This document shows, in pieces, positions 11,625 to 25,324 of a DNA stretch of 64,000 bases. The notes under the pieces are model-generated. The model was not told the origin of the DNA. It ran no database searches and was given only the letters and a program-made list of their open reading frames with translations. Position 1 is the first letter of the stretch, and every line of letters begins with the position of its first letter. The position numbers and the translations under genes are program-made. Source of the stretch: Fistulifera solaris (Eukaryota); the NCBI GenBank assembly GCA_030295235.1, contig AP026164.1, positions 248,001 through 312,000 of the forward strand, given 5' to 3'.

Positions 11625-12006
11625 CCCACTGATAAAATCTTCCCTGCGAACGCTATAGCTTTTAAATGAATGAATCGGAGTTGTTTTGCAACGGGAACTG
11701 GTGAAAATATCATTACTGCTAGTGTAGAACACTTGCATTAACATTTGTACTTAATATGATGGTTCCAGAAATGGCGAAGGATGCCAGGCTACCAGGTAGA
11801 CACTACTATTTGACAACAAGGACGTGTACGTTTCCATGATTGAATTGAGTCACGAGTTCATGCAACACGCGGTAGCGGCACTTCATAAAAATAAGGACAA
11901 ACGACGCAAAAGCCACACGATAACACAAGGTATTTTTGAAGGACGAATAGAAGCAACAATAAACAATATTACCAATCAGACAGCACATCTTCTTTTGAAA
12001 AGGAAA

Positions 12007-13874
12007 ATGGCTTCCGATAATGAAACTACAGCAGAACGATCCGGACGCCGGAAGCGACGATGGGGCGACGCGAACACGACGACGGCTGCACCTGTCGCAT
12101 CCACAGCAAGAACCGACCCTGTGAAAGATAAAGTATTGGCCTTACAAGAGAGTATCAAAGCTCGATTAGCGGCCGCCAAAGCTGCAGCAGGGACGGCAAT
12201 GACGGTAGCAGCTTCTCCTCCTCCTCCTCCCGTGAAACGGGCGAAGCACTATGATTTGGACCTTGCCGTCACTGCTCCCACTTATAAAGAACCGCAACCA
12301 ACAACGGAGAAAAAAAGAGAAAATTACTGAAAAGGTTGTTGATACTAAAGAAAAGAAGCCAAAGAATGCAAATCCCTACTTGTCTCATTATGAAGACGTT
12401 GATGATAATGACGAATTGCCCGACCATGATGCGAGTGTGGAAGATACCCGACTATCGAGTCGAACCAGCAAGCCCCGTCCTCGCCATAAAGCTTTAAAAT
12501 TTACAGAAGCGGGGTACTGGCAAGAAGTAGCGGAGCGTACACGAGAAAAAAGCAGCCATGTTGGAAGCAATCGGTTTTATGTCCGGTCGTAAAACGGGGC
12601 ATACGGTCAAAAGTGCCGGTTTAGCATCGGCCAGCGGATTCGACCCCACGGAGTCGGACGAATTACCGCCACGAGCGGATGCGCACCCCGATACGAAAAT
12701 GCCCATTTGCGTGGAGTGGTGGGATATGGAACTGCTTCCCTCTAAGATAAAGAAACAGGTTGCAGCTCTCGAGTCTACTGCCATTATGCGTCAAACGAAA
12801 GCAGACCTTAATGAAGTCGGGGCAGCTGATCAAGCCGACAAACAAGAAGGCGACAATGCAGAGCAGAATATAGAACAACTGAACGAGGAGCAACTGAGAG
12901 AGTGGTGTATACAGCAAGCGTCTCTTACCTTCTGTAAGACTGCTTCATTGATTCAGCATATTGTCCCTGTCAAGCCGCCGAATGCGTATCAAGGACCACC
13001 CAAGGAAGCGGTTCTCAAATTAACGAAAAAGGAATTGAAGCGACAACGCAAATTACGGCGACAGGAAAAGCAGCGCGAGCTGCAAGATTTGCAAGCGGCT
13101 GGTTTGATTCCGGCACCCGAACCGCGATTGACGTTCCGTAACTTTATTCAAGTCTTAGGTGACCAAGCTTATCTGGACCCGAGTCAAATTGAGCGAAAGG
13201 TACAAGAGCAGATCGAGGCCAGACAACGCGCACATAATGAACGCAACGAGGCAAACAAGTTAACGAAGGAGCAACGCGCGCAAAAGAGAGCTTGGAAGCT
13301 GCAAGAAGATACTTCCGGTGGGGTTTCGGTTGCTGTATTTTATGTCAAGGATTTGAGCCATCCTTACCACCGTGCAAAGGTGGACTTGAATGCACAACAA
13401 AACAACATCTCAGGAGGCGTCCTTGAATGCGAGGTGCCCAAAATGGCTTGTGTGATTTGTGAAGGAGGTCCTAAGGCAATCAAGCGATACAAGAGGTTGA
13501 TGTTGGTCCGTATGAAATGGACTGGTCCTAATGACGACGACGATGATGACGAGGAAGAAGAGGGCGATGTCAAAGAGGGTGATGAAGACAATCTACTTTT
13601 GCATAAATTCAACCCTGACAATGAATGTTCTCTGGTTTGGCAAGGTATGGCGATGAAACCTGCATTCAAAGGTTTCTTCTTTCAATCCTGTGAGACATCC
13701 AGCCAAGCCAGAAAAGTTTTGAAGACGAAGGGCGTGGAGCATTATTGGGATCAGGTTCTTCAACAAGCGTCAGGAAAAGGAGACCTACAGATCAAGCTGG
13801 ATTCGAACAGCGATGATGATGACAATCCTTTCGAGCAGCCCGACCAGGATGGGGATGTGATCATGTCCTCATGA
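12007..13874 (+). CDS. PRP3: U4/U6 snRNP protein Prp3 (frameshifts at ~12315 and ~12548 in A-runs)
   Basis: NPYL, VEWWD, LTKKELKRQRK, GLIPAPEP, HRAKVDLNAQQ, EGGPKAIKRYKRLMLVRMKW, CSLVWQG, EHYWD. Confidence 0.92.
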
Positions 13875-13987
13875 TACATTAAGCTAATATTGATCTTATT
13901 TTTAGTTCTTGTCAACACTTGGATTAAATCGTGAATATGATATGGTGCCACAATTTATAGGAATATGCCGAGTCATCAAAATCATAC

Positions 13988-14891
13988 TTAGCGGCTGAAA
14001 AGATCATCGGTGATCTTGTCACTTCCTAAAAGACTGTCTAAACTATCATCGATATCTTCGTCGTCGTCATCGTACTCTTCCTCGTCCATAAGATCATCAT
14101 CATCGTCGTCGTCGTCATCATTCGCGACCACAGAAGTGCCATCTTTTCTTCGCCATGCGCTCCTCGAGTTCTTGTCGCTTCTTTTGCTTCTTTGATTTAT
14201 CTTTGTTCTTTCTATCGTCGTTAACAGCTTTTAAAATCTCTGCTTTTGGACTAAAGATGATGGATAGGTTTCTTCCTTCTCGTTTCGGACGACTCTCCTT
14301 GATACAGACAGAGCTCAAGTCGACCGCTAACTTTTCTAGTAGATCGAATCCCAAATTATCATGCTGCACTTCGCGACCGCGGAACATTACGGTCGCCTTG
14401 ACACGATTTCCCTGTTTAATGAACTTGATGGCGCTCTTCTTTCGCACATCATAGTCATGAACATCAATCTTGTACGACATTTTGACTTCCTTTACTTCTG
14501 TTGCTTTAGAATTCTTCTTCAGTTCTTTCGCTTTCTTTTCTAGCATGTATCGATATTTAGAATAGTCTGCGATCTTACAAACCGGAGGATCGGCCTTGTC
14601 GTTTATCAAAATGAGATCGAGTCCGCCGAGTTCTTTTGCTTTCGCAAGTGCATCGACCAAACTCATAATACCCAAAGCCTCGTCTTTGCCACCTGTTACG
14701 GAAGCTATCACTCGAATCTCTTTGGCTTTGATTTCCTCGTTCATGACAGGTACTTCAATTGCGGGTTGATTTTGTTGCCTGGCGAACAGTCGCGTCGATG
14801 TTCCGTGACGGGGCGCGAAAGCAGGTTGTAAGAATCCCTGAGATGAGGACACAAGGAAGAAAAGAAGCGGAATGTGTAATAAACTTCGCAT
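13988..14891 (-). CDS. infC: Plastid translation initiation factor IF3 with an acidic C-terminal tail (frameshift ~14145)
   Basis: Bipartite presequence (SQG-F), MNEEIKAKEIRVI, DPPVCKIADYSKYRY, VKATVMFRGRE. The shifted frame gives an Asp-rich tail ending DDLFSR*. Confidence 0.92.
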
Positions 14892-15545
14892 GGTGCTTTC
14901 TTTGATAAATATTGAGAAGAGATAAGTATCAAGGTTTGATTGAGAAGCAGCTGCAATGTTTGCATCAGAAAACGATTGATTGTTGTCCTTCAAGCGTGAT
15001 TTGCGAAGGTGTGGTGTTTGCGTGGTTGCTGGTTCAGCGAGAGCATGAGCAAAGAAACGACTGACGTCTGGTAGACACTGAACCTTGTCTTACCGGTAAC
15101 GGTCCCCATCGATCTCTTTGGAATTACTGCAAGGAAACAATGGATCTCTACAAAGTAGCTAATTAGCACTGTGGTTTCTAGAGGAGCTAGAGATTTTGAT
15201 AGGGCGATTCGCTCTCCTTCTGGCCCTATCATCATTCCCTCAAAAACGACGCATTGAGCAAACATGAATCATCAATGTGAATCAGATCTGCTGGTAAACC
15301 TATGTTTTAACCCAAATAGCATTCGCTAACCTTTCTCATATCTTTAGTAGCTTACAAACATACGTGTTGCTAAGTTATTCGATTCACTACACAACTGAAC
15401 GTCAATCAGAATCTGAAGTGACGCATTTCCGACTCCCGAGAAATAGATACAATATACGACGGGCTCGAGTCACTATTTTAGCTATGCCAATCGTACTCTT
15501 TCGTCTGAACATACCACCATCCATACAAGATAGCTCAACGGCCCA

Positions 15546-17031
15546 TTATCGTTGAAACGCATAATCCTTGTCACTTTCTTCGAACACATTACTGAACGAT
15601 ATGTTGTTTGTCGATTCCGAGAACCGCGTCGTGCTCTCTCCGAAATCAGACATTCGGTCGAGAGTTGCCGTACTCATGTCCATATCGATGCCTCCTCCGA
15701 AACCAGGCTTCAATCCATTGAGCTTTCTTTCTTGTACTCTCATTGGCGCCACAATATCGTCGTCCATGTTTTCACTCATCGACAAGTCCATAATGGAGGA
15801 CAGTTGGTTCTGTCCGTTCAAAATTCCTTCGAACCCGATGCTATTGTCACTAGCTTCTCTCTTTAGTTGACTCCTCATTCCTCCTGTTCCGCCCAATCCT
15901 TTCACAGGCACTCTTCGTGGAGGAGGCAGTTGACTCACGGGGCCTGGGTCGGGAATGCTCCTGCCGGACGATACAAAGTTGTTGAGTGGCTGACCAGGGT
16001 TTGTGTGATTGTTTTGCAAGTCCAAAAAGTTACTTTGAAATGAAGTTGACGGTTGCTGTTGCATCTGATTTCCAAGTAGATTGATGTTGCCCATTGAAGC
16101 TGTCACATTCTGCATCATGCCCAATGGCGGAGCCGAGTTGTGTCGAATCACTGATCTCATTAACGGAGCCTGTAGCTGAAGATGATGATCCATGGAACCG
16201 ATTTGTTCGTGTTGCAATGGCTGGTGACGAATCTGCTGCTGCTGTTGATGCTGGTCTTGATGAAGTTGCTGGACCATAGATGATAAGCCACCGTACGGCA
16301 TCGACATGTGAGAAATGACACCTCGCTGTAGCGGTGCGCTATGATTTGATGAAAAGGGAGAAGTCTGAAGATTCTGAATAGTTTGACCTTGAATGATTGG
16401 GCCTAAATGCTGAGTTTGCAAGCGATTGTTGTTGTTTGCGAAAGAAGCCATGCCCATCGACCCATCCTGGGGAATACCCGCCATCATGGGCATTCCTTGC
16501 CCGTTTGAAAGTGCCATCTGTTACGTGTAATGGGAGGGATGCAGAAGCAAGTAAAGGTCAGTGACACCGGGGAGATTCGTGAAATCGTCAAAAATAAGTC
16601 ATTTACCTGTGGTATGGCGCCGTTAGCTCCATGACCGTAGGATGAAGTCGGTGGCTCGTCAATGTCTTCGTCATCTGTATCTCCTCCCATCTCTTTCATG
16701 ATGTCCGGTGCGCCTTCTCGAAGTGCCTGTCGCGTTTTATCGAGGGCTTTCTTCTCACCGATATCGTACCATAGCTTCGAAACAGGATCCTGTTTGAGAA
16801 ATCTTCCGGGCGGGTTCATACGCCGAATTTCGTCGACAATCAGCTTTGAAAATTTCCCCTTTGCGGCTTTGGACATGCGACGTATGCTACTTTGTGCTTG
16901 CGCACCAACGCTCGGAAATTTTCGTTGCCAGAGTGATAGTTGACGAAATTGCCTCGTCCGGAAAGAACATCATTTGAATTGACACTATCCATAGGTATTC
17001 CTGGCCCTTCGTAGTGCTCGTGGCTCGTCAT
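15546..17031 (-). CDS. DUF6824-type putative transcription regulator with a Q/M-rich low-complexity C-terminus; intron 16606-16518, frameshift ~16870
   Basis: NDVLSGRG..HSGNENFRALV...PPGRFLK...W.DIG..KALDKTRQALRE, the motif of a diatom-expanded family. Confidence 0.85.
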
Positions 17032-17955
17032 TGTTGATTCAAGTTTCTTTAATGAAACGTAGAGCAACTATTCATAGAAGCGTTGACAATGTCTTTAATG
17101 AGGAACCTGTTTTGATTTGGTTTATTCTGCTTTTTCGGAAAAAAATTGCGAGGAGAGGAAGAGTCATTCCAAGAATAATGACTGCCATCAATAACAAACA
17201 TGCGACCTTGTGCCCCTGGCTCTTTTTTTTATTGGCATTGCATTGGGCAAGCTCCCCTCTCTTCACAATACTATACATCGGTACATGTATCAAAATTGAT
17301 GTACCAGGTAGTCCAACTCCCAACAACTAAACCATGATGAGGACGATGACGATGCGACAATGTCATACGTCCGTGATTGATGACGAATTTCAGTCATGAA
17401 AACATTCAGTTAGAGTCTCCATTGCATGAGTTTAAACTTAACAACCGTTTAGATCCAAAGTGAAACAACTAGAAAGGATGACCATTGCTGGTTTTTTGAT
17501 AGGAGCTTTAGTTTACGGGTCTCTGTCTGTCTCATGAGACACGCACGCCACCAAATATCGCTTTTGCATCTCGCTACAAATGAGAAAGATTGCATGTTAA
17601 CGCTGAATGAATAAAAGACTTGTAAAAGTGCCCATGCCCAATGGGTACCGGTACTCGGTTTCCCGATTTAAGCGACCTTCAAAAAGGCTAATCGCTAACT
17701 CTGATGATCAGACTCTATCTTACTGTTGAAAGCGAAAGCAATCGTGCAAAGAGTTAAGAAGAAAAAGTAGCGGCACTGCGATCAAATGATTTCGTTGTGT
17801 TTACTGCCGAGAACAATGTCTTGAAGGCATGGCCGCAATACTTTGGAAAGGTCGTTTCCTATATAGCTTGTTCATTTGCCATGAAGGAGCGACTTTGAAA
17901 GGATCGCACTCCAGTCTATATCTCCTCGTCAGGTTCTCCTTGTATTGTGATTAAC

Positions 17956-19503
17956 TCAACCCAAACAAAGAAAACGTGTTGAGAGGCTCTGTGAACGAGT
18001 GATGTCTTCGTATTGTCTCCTAGTTTGCTCGTAGAGTTCCTTTAGCAACGATTTCATTTCCTCTTTGCTGTTGCAAGCACCAAGATCTTCTTTATATTCA
18101 CGCTGCAGTCTCTTTTTCACCAGGAGACGGTAGCGCTTCTCTAGCGCTTCGGTATTACTAGCACCTGCAGTATTACTGTAGGTCTGAAGCTGATGTAACC
18201 GCAAGAGCTCGTACACGACCTGGACTTGTTTCGATGTTATTTTTGCTGTAGCGGAAGCCTCATTCAAAATTGAGTCTTTCAAAGGAGCAAAGAAATCGGG
18301 CCAAGAAATATCAGGATGCTGGAAAGAATCGGCTGAGCTTCCAAACCAATTTTCATTTTTCGCCTTCGCTTCCAAAAAATCTGTGATAATCGACGCGATT
18401 CCGCAAAGCAACAAAGGCTGGAGCAGGATCTTCAACATTGATCTCTACAATCGACTTCGCTATTCCAGCATCCGCTCCTTTGAGCTGTTTACTGTATCCA
18501 TCAAACGCCCATTTGTAAGCGGCATTCATCATCGTGAATCCATGGCCGCTACGTTGATAAGGGGGTAGAATGAGCGCCTGGCAGATTCGCACAACAGTTC
18601 CAGGTGTCGGTTTACGGAAAGGAGAGTTGAAGTGATAAAGTGTAAAGTATCCTGCAAACGAATACTGTTTCTCACCGTGAATCTGAAACAAATAAAGAAT
18701 GTTCCAAGTTCCACCGACGCTCTGATCCGCGACATCAACATCATCAGCCGTTTCGATAAAGAAGCGAGCCATGCGCTGTACCTCATTATGATAGGTCACA
18801 GCATCGGATCCGTTGGCCAGAGTTAGGCGAAATCGATCTCCGCGTCTTTCGTATTCTTCGAGATACGTGCCGGGTGTTGCTGTCAAATATTTTTGTTCTA
18901 TGTCCGACTCTGCTTTGGAAGCAATCGTAGGAAGCGCTCGTGAAAGACAACTTTCCACTTCCGATAGAGGCATTCGCCGGTGCCGCGTATTTCCCTCTTC
19001 TTTCGTATTATTCACCGCTTCTTCGACGTCTTCATCGACATACACACTGGTGCCCGAGCCTTCTGACGCAGACTTTTCGCTCGTTACTGTCTCCGACGAC
19101 TCATCTCCATCCGAGTCATCGTTTTTTCTTCATTGCTGTCGTCAACATTTTCTGCGGAAGGAACAGCATTTGATCTTTTCGCGTATCTCTGGGTAACACA
19201 GCTGCGAAGTAATCGGCGTTTCTTCGGGCATTTCGTTTCGAGAGATACGCGACAGAGTTCGCATGAGGGTGATAAATCAATTCGAACCTTCAGTTCCCTC
19301 AACGCCGTATCTTCATCATTTTCGTTTCTGATAGCTTCTTCGTTGGATGGAGGTATGTATCCGCGAATAGTTTCATTTTCAAAAAGCTGGTGAGTATAAA
19401 CAGGATGAAAGGTGTTGCCTAACAGTCGCAGCTCAATGCATCGAGCTGCAGAAGAAGCTCCCGCTGTGACTTCGTCCCCGACAATTTCAGGAGCTGATGC
19501 CAT
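17956..19503 (-). CDS. HAT1: Histone acetyltransferase type B catalytic subunit (frameshifts ~19125, ~18375)
   Basis: FHPVYTHQLFENETIRGY, FFIETAD, RICQALILPPYQRSGHG, EINVEDPAPAF, AKITSKQVQVVYE, YRLLVKKRL. Confidence 0.9.
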
Positions 19504-20132
19504 AGTAAGTGCATCAAAAAGGAGTCCTTCAACGATTTCCTTGGTAAACAAACGCCTTTATTCCTACAAAGCATAAGAACATTATGATGAAGTGAGTACA
19601 TGGCTCGCTGCGCGTCGAGATGCTGTTATCGAAAACTTCATCATTCGTGACTGCAATGCAGTCGTGATACGAGATTGATTCGCGCCGCTTTTTGATAACA
19701 ATCAACGCGTAGAACGCAGTTATGGCGACGATAACGATAACTGTGCAGGTTAAACTAGGCTAATCAAGCTAGCTTGGCATGCACAATTATTCACGACTGA
19801 AACGAATTGTGAGTAACGTTGAACTAATACTTCGGGTTCAGGGGTATAGTCTAGCCACTCCGGAAGAACGCGATCGGTTCCGCTTCTCCGCTTCTCTCGC
19901 AGGGAATCGAGGCGCGCGATGCTTAAAAATGAAGCTATCAGGTAAGGATAATATTCGATGAGGAGTTTGAGGTTCTCTTCGTGAGCGCAAACGTGTTCTC
20001 AGCTGCGAGGACGCTTACCCGCCAATGGGCCTTTACGGAAGCAAGCACATCGAAGATTGTTTTGTATGGATATAAGGAGGGCAAACTCACATTTTCCCAA
20101 AAGTTTTTTGTTTTACAGTTTGTAGCGGCCCA

Positions 20133-21813
20133 TCAGTAGATTTTTGAGCAAACATTCTCTTCACTGTCTAAAATGTTTCGAATCCGTCCATCCACAACGG
20201 GGTGAATGGCAAAAGGATCGACCATAGACGTTCGGACTTTTTGTTTGAATTTTGTAGCCGCAGCAATTACGGACCCTTGAGAGGTATAATCCGTCCATCT
20301 CCGTAAGATACCGATCTCCGTAAATAAATTGGCCACAGCAGTCGGTAGCAGAGGGCAATATTCTTCGTCACGGACGACCTTCAATTCGGATAAGACATCA
20401 TATCCGTCCTTCCCTTTCAATAAATAAGTCTTTGTACAGAGTGTATATATTCTTTGTAATTCCAAAGGACAAAAGGGAGCTGGTGAGTTGTTATGAGATG
20501 AAGAAGTCGGGGTGTCTTGCCTCTTTGTGAAGACATGAAAAGCACTGTCGACTTCGGACTGTCACGGAGCCCTTCACAATTCTAGAACCGGCTGGTTGTG
20601 AAGGATCAAACGCGAATCGGACACCGTCGACACAAGGAAAACGACCTTCCATGGCAGGATATTGCGAGACTCCATTCTCGAGGACTTGCAAGAGCTGTGC
20701 TCCATTGATTTCAACAACTTCCATGGAATCGTCCATCGGCACCAGGTCGGCCAAATCGCTCATTCGAATATCGCCTCTCGGTAAGATTCGGTCGGCTCTA
20801 ATGGATCCGGAATTCAGTAGCGCAATGTCGGCATCAGTTGCTCGAGCCATGACACTGGCGAGGAAGTTGGCAACATTCGTTTCCTTAGTTCGGATCTGCG
20901 AAAACCTGGCATCGAGATCCACTTTGCTTTTCCCAACGACAATATTCATGCTTTTCTGTACATCCGACTGGATCGCTTTCACTATTGCCGCGATCTCGGA
21001 ATCTTCCGGCGTGTCATTTGATATCTGATAGCGTGTCGACACTGTTTTCAATGAAGCATACATTCCAGTAGATGCATCGATACATTGACTCTCTCTACCG
21101 TATATTCGAATCGCAGTGAAATCACTGAAGTCAGTTCCGGAATTTAAAATGCGAATTCGGTTTCGCACGGTATCTTCGTAGTGGTGGTCGTGTCCACCTA
21201 AGATGATATCAATTTGTCCAGCACACTCGTCCGCAAGCTTGTAGTCGCTGGGCATCCTCATATGACTTGTAGCAATAACAATATCAAACGGTCCATATTC
21301 CTGAACGATTTCGGGTACTCTCCTCTTTACGTAGTCTGTTGGTTCTTCGAATTCAATCGACTCTGGTTCCACGGTCGACAATGTCGCCATCCACGATGCT
21401 TCAATGAGACCGAGCACCAAAAGGCGGTTCCCATTCCTCTCTAGTATAACGTATTCTTCACAGCCTGCTAGTTGCTGTGACTGTTCGTCTTCGTTTTGAC
21501 GGACATTCCGTGCATTCGAACAAATCCACGGAAATCCACTTTGCTCACGGAGTGCGATAAACTCGGGAACACCAAAATCCAAGTCATGATTCCCCAAGCA
21601 CGCGCAATCAATGTTGAGTGCTTTAAGTACAGGGATCATCTGTTTACCTCGGAGACTAGTTGAAAGAAGTGATGGCGAGAAGGCATCTCCACTAAAAAAG
21701 GTACAAGAGGAGTGACCGGTCTTTTGCTGTATTTCGTGCACCTTATGCACAAAACGGGCCGCTTTCTCGACATTGTAGACGTCATTGAAGTGAATAAGCG
21801 TGATTTCTTTCAT
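20133..21813 (-). CDS. 5'-nucleotidase / UDP-sugar hydrolase family metallophosphoesterase (frameshift ~20520)
   Basis: IHFNDVYN, SGDAFSPS, LGNHDLDFG, LGGHDHHY, NSGSIRAD, GRFPCVDG, GKDGYD. Confidence 0.92.
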
Positions 21814-22302
21814 TTTATCAATGTTCTCCGAGTAATAATACGGTCGCAATCCATGAAAAGAAGATTTTATTCGGAGGTTTTATTGTGAGCGTTGTTGCTG
21901 CTGCAGGTATGTTCGTCCATTTTGAAATAGACGGATATTCTGTCTGCACGGCTGTGCTCTGGACTGTACTGTACAAAGTGCTCGTCCGTTGTTCACCACG
22001 ACTGCATCTCAGTCATGAGTCCCTATTTTCTCAATAAGCCAAAGACGAATCTGTAATCACCAAATTCCGTCCGTTTTTCTAGATTTGCCATTTAAATTTC
22101 AAATGTAGCTAATAGAGAACGACGAGCCCAATTTCATTGCAGAGGCGTTTTGTTGTTGCATAAATACGTCACGAGTAGGTAACGGGTAACGAGGACTCAG
22201 ATGTTGACTTGCTCGCGTGCGTAGCAGGAAGAGAGGCTGATTTTAGATACTGATATTGGAGTCGCACCTTGCGACGCGGAACAGGGAGACCGAGAGGATG
22301 GA

Positions 22303-22710
22303 TTGAATGCGCCACAGCCAGACTTCACAGAGGAAAGAATTGAAAATTTACAAAGGGATACAGACTCTACCTTACCGCGAGCATCGTCGTGCGAGGTTGT
22401 GGTAGCGAATAGGCGTTGTGATGAAGCGAACGAGTTCGCGCGCTTTGTACCAGAAGGCTTGCATGCGAGCGAGGTCCTGATTGACAAATCTGCTGATTTC
22501 CATGACGACGACGTGGACAAACAGTCTGTGACTGCCAACGAAATCAATGCCGCCGAATCAACCTCTGCTAGCGTTATTTACGACAGTGGCAGGACAGAGA
22601 CAGTAGTTACATCAATCATCGACACGAAACCCAGTCGTAGTAAGCGGGGGACTATGATCAGTCGAAATAATGTTGGCTCAACTTACCCACGACCCACGAC
22701 TACATTTTAG
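22303..22710 (+). CDS. Hypothetical acidic ORF, possibly an exon or gene remnant
   Basis: 135-codon open frame preceded by a possible intron acceptor; no recognisable domain. Confidence 0.3.
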   Translation: MNAPQPDFTEERIENLQRDTDSTLPRASSCEVVVANRRCDEANEFARFVPEGLHASEVLIDKSADFHDDDVDKQSVTANEINAAESTSASVIYDSGRTETVVTSIIDTKPSRSKRGTMISRNNVGSTYPRPTTTF

Positions 22711-23079
22711 TCATGAATCAAAATTTCTTCCGAGCCAGACTGCCGAAATACCTCTTTTCCGTCTCCTAGCTTATCATTCTACAGCTGCCCTTATTTAGGC
22801 GATTGGTGATTAATAGTGTGAAGAACATATCCATAACTGAAATCTATCCTGGTTGCGTCTAACCCTCACTTTGGACAAGGAAGAGCACTTTATGATCTGC
22901 AACCCTTTGTCGCCTCTAAAATCATGCATTGAATAATAATGCAAAAAAAACACTTACAATTCGGCTAGTATAGCTTTCGTTGCTCTAGCCCTGCGGAACG
23001 AATATTCAATTTAGTGCGATGTGTGAAGCTTGCAGTGATGAAACGCACTATCAGTATGTGCTTGTTGTTTCTATCGAAA

Positions 23080-23949
23080 TTATATGTTGAGCGCAACCTT
23101 ACGGGCTTCCTCCAGAATGATAGTCGTCCAATAGAGCTGCAAGAATCCTAATGGAAGATTCATTCCGAGGAAGACATAGAGAACCCATTCTACACCAGGA
23201 CGGAGCTTCGTGGCCTGACCCGATTGCATGACTTTGTAGCAATCTTGAAAAAGCTGTAAACTTATGGGCCACCAGTAAATTACTCGAAAGAGAATGAAAG
23301 TGATAGCAAATGGTGGCGCCACAAAAGTTCCTACAATTTGATCAAAGATAGAGCCCGGCGTTGGTGGAAAGTACCTAGACAAGTCCACAAAGACCAAAAA
23401 GACGCTACTGACTTCCGAAAGCCCCAGAAAGAAGACTCCATAATGTTGCAAGCACTGATATCGGACGGAACACCACGACACAGACGCCGCCATGAAATGA
23501 TGGGTGAGCATGATCGCGGTCCGATGCTCTTCAATGAGTAGAGAAATAATAAAATCCCAGAGTTGAAAAGTGAAACAGATAGCTGCCGTTAGTTCCGCCT
23601 CCGGAAGGTATCCAAACAATCGACCTTCGGGTGTCTGGGGAACTGCGGTATGAGAGCGTCTGGTAATAAACCAAGTGTAGACACCCAAGACAGCGCAACA
23701 GAAGAGTGCCAGACAACTCGTCACCTGGAACGCGAAAAGATCTGAACGAGAGCATATTTGATCATCCTTCACATTCTTGCAAAATTCCTCTCCCGCTCCG
23801 GGTAAGCCAAGGATCGATGTCGACTCGCGAAAAGTATATTCCAAAGAGAAATACAGGACCGTGAGTAGCGTCAGCCCCGTGATGATGTACGGCATCATCC
23901 GGGGAACTCCGTTGGGGATTGTTGCCGGTACATTTAATGATTTCGGCAT
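23080..23949 (-). CDS. TLC (TRAM/LAG1/CLN8) domain membrane protein
   Basis: Multiple TM helices, LWDF, MLTHH, LSEVSSVFL, FILFRV, LQLYW. Confidence 0.85.
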   Translation of the reverse strand: MPKSLNVPATIPNGVPRMMPYIITGLTLLTVLYFSLEYTFRESTSILGLPGAGEEFCKNVKDDQICSRSDLFAFQVTSCLALFCCAVLGVYTWFITRRSHTAVPQTPEGRLFGYLPEAELTAAICFTFQLWDFIISLLIEEHRTAIMLTHHFMAASVSWCSVRYQCLQHYGVFFLGLSEVSSVFLVFVDLSRYFPPTPGSIFDQIVGTFVAPPFAITFILFRVIYWWPISLQLFQDCYKVMQSGQATKLRPGVEWVLYVFLGMNLPLGFLQLYWTTIILEEARKVALNI

Positions 23950-24262
23950 TTGATTTATCTATTGATTTTTTCGTTTTGTAGATGAATGAATGATGGCTTC
24001 TTATTTTGCCTTTATGTCATCGTTATAGATTAGTCGTCTTCACAAAATGCCATATCGTACCGGTTTCAAAAATCTGCTCCCAAAATCTGTCGCATCGCTT
24101 CATCATGTCGTCGTTCGTCGTCTTCTGTGGCTCTTATTATCACTTATTTTTTGTTTCTCGTTTCTCGTTGTTGCAGTTCATCTTGTCACCAAGAAACCCT
24201 GTCAAGTGTTTTATTATTATTGTGTAAAATAACTCGGTTTGATTGACAAACACGAGCTGATA

Positions 24263-25057
24263 ATGATTGGGCGTCGGTCAAAAGTTGGCATTCTTACTTG
24301 TTTTTTATTGTCGGTCGTACACGCTTTCCAGCCTCCTCAGCGTTTCGGACGAATCATCTTCGGCACCAGGCAGCAGTGCCTTCGAGCTGAAAAAAATGAT
24401 TATGATAATAGTATAATGGAATATCGAAATGCGGCTACCAATTTACTTTCCAATTTTATGAAAAAAGAAGACGAAAGTACAAGCACGGATCCTTTATCAA
24501 ACATCGATTTCTCAGCGCCCAAATTCCAGAAAAAAGTAACTTTGGAGGTGCTGGCGCAACTGCTCGATGCGGAACTCTACGAAAGAGAATGGTTCGTGAC
24601 AGGGAATGTCAATCCTATTTACTTTTCAGAAACTTTCCTGTTTCAAGACCCTGATGTTCGTTTGGAGGGAATCGAGGCATACGCCAGAGGTGTCAACAAA
24701 TTGTTTGACCAAGAAACCAGTCGAGCCGAAATTATCTCCACCAAAGTGAATCCCGATGTTCCGAATACAATAACGTGTACTTGGAGACTCTCCGGAAAAG
24801 CAAATATTGGACCCGGTTTAACGATCAAGCCATACATTGTATATACTGATCTCAAGATCGATCCCGAGTCAGGCTTGATTGTATTCCAAGAAGACCGCTT
24901 CAATTTACCGCAATGGGATATTCTCTTGAGTTCCTTGTTTCCTTTTTTGATTGGAGTCGTTACAGCTCCACCAGCCCCGCCTGTAGAGCCTCGAACTATC
25001 ATCAAGCCCGCGATGAAAGAAGATTTTTCCTGGCCGAAATTGAAATTCTTTTTGTAA
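24263..25057 (+). CDS. Plastid-targeted SnoaL/NTF2-like (DUF2358-like) protein
   Basis: VHA-FQP presequence; WFVTGNV...FQDPDV..EGIEAY; TWRLSG. Confidence 0.75.
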   Translation: MIGRRSKVGILTCFLLSVVHAFQPPQRFGRIIFGTRQQCLRAEKNDYDNSIMEYRNAATNLLSNFMKKEDESTSTDPLSNIDFSAPKFQKKVTLEVLAQLLDAELYEREWFVTGNVNPIYFSETFLFQDPDVRLEGIEAYARGVNKLFDQETSRAEIISTKVNPDVPNTITCTWRLSGKANIGPGLTIKPYIVYTDLKIDPESGLIVFQEDRFNLPQWDILLSSLFPFLIGVVTAPPAPPVEPRTIIKPAMKEDFSWPKLKFFL

Positions 25058-25324
25058 GCCGATGACCAAGACGAGTCATCAGCTTTGATTTTAACGTAGA
25101 CAAGTATCTTTGATGATGTTGATAGCAGACTCATACGATAAGTAACAATGATAAAGAGGAGCAATAAAGGAATGCATAGTTTAGCAGTACTACAACGACC
25201 TATGCAAAACAACATCGAGTCGACTCATCAATCAAACGAATCGTTGCAAATGCCCGGAGATACAAAGTGATCTTTTCCTTCAAGTAGACGAGTGGTTCTT
25301 CAGTTCATGGTTATGCTCATTCGT

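Noticed and set aside
12300..12560. Programmed ribosomal frameshifting at A-runs (PRP3, ACLY and others)
   Set aside because: Both +1 and -1 indels in varied homopolymers with no shared signal; sequencing error is far simpler.
17072..17330. Short hydrophobic ORFs upstream of the DUF6824 gene
   Set aside because: Non-ATG starts and no motifs; probably UTR or promoter.
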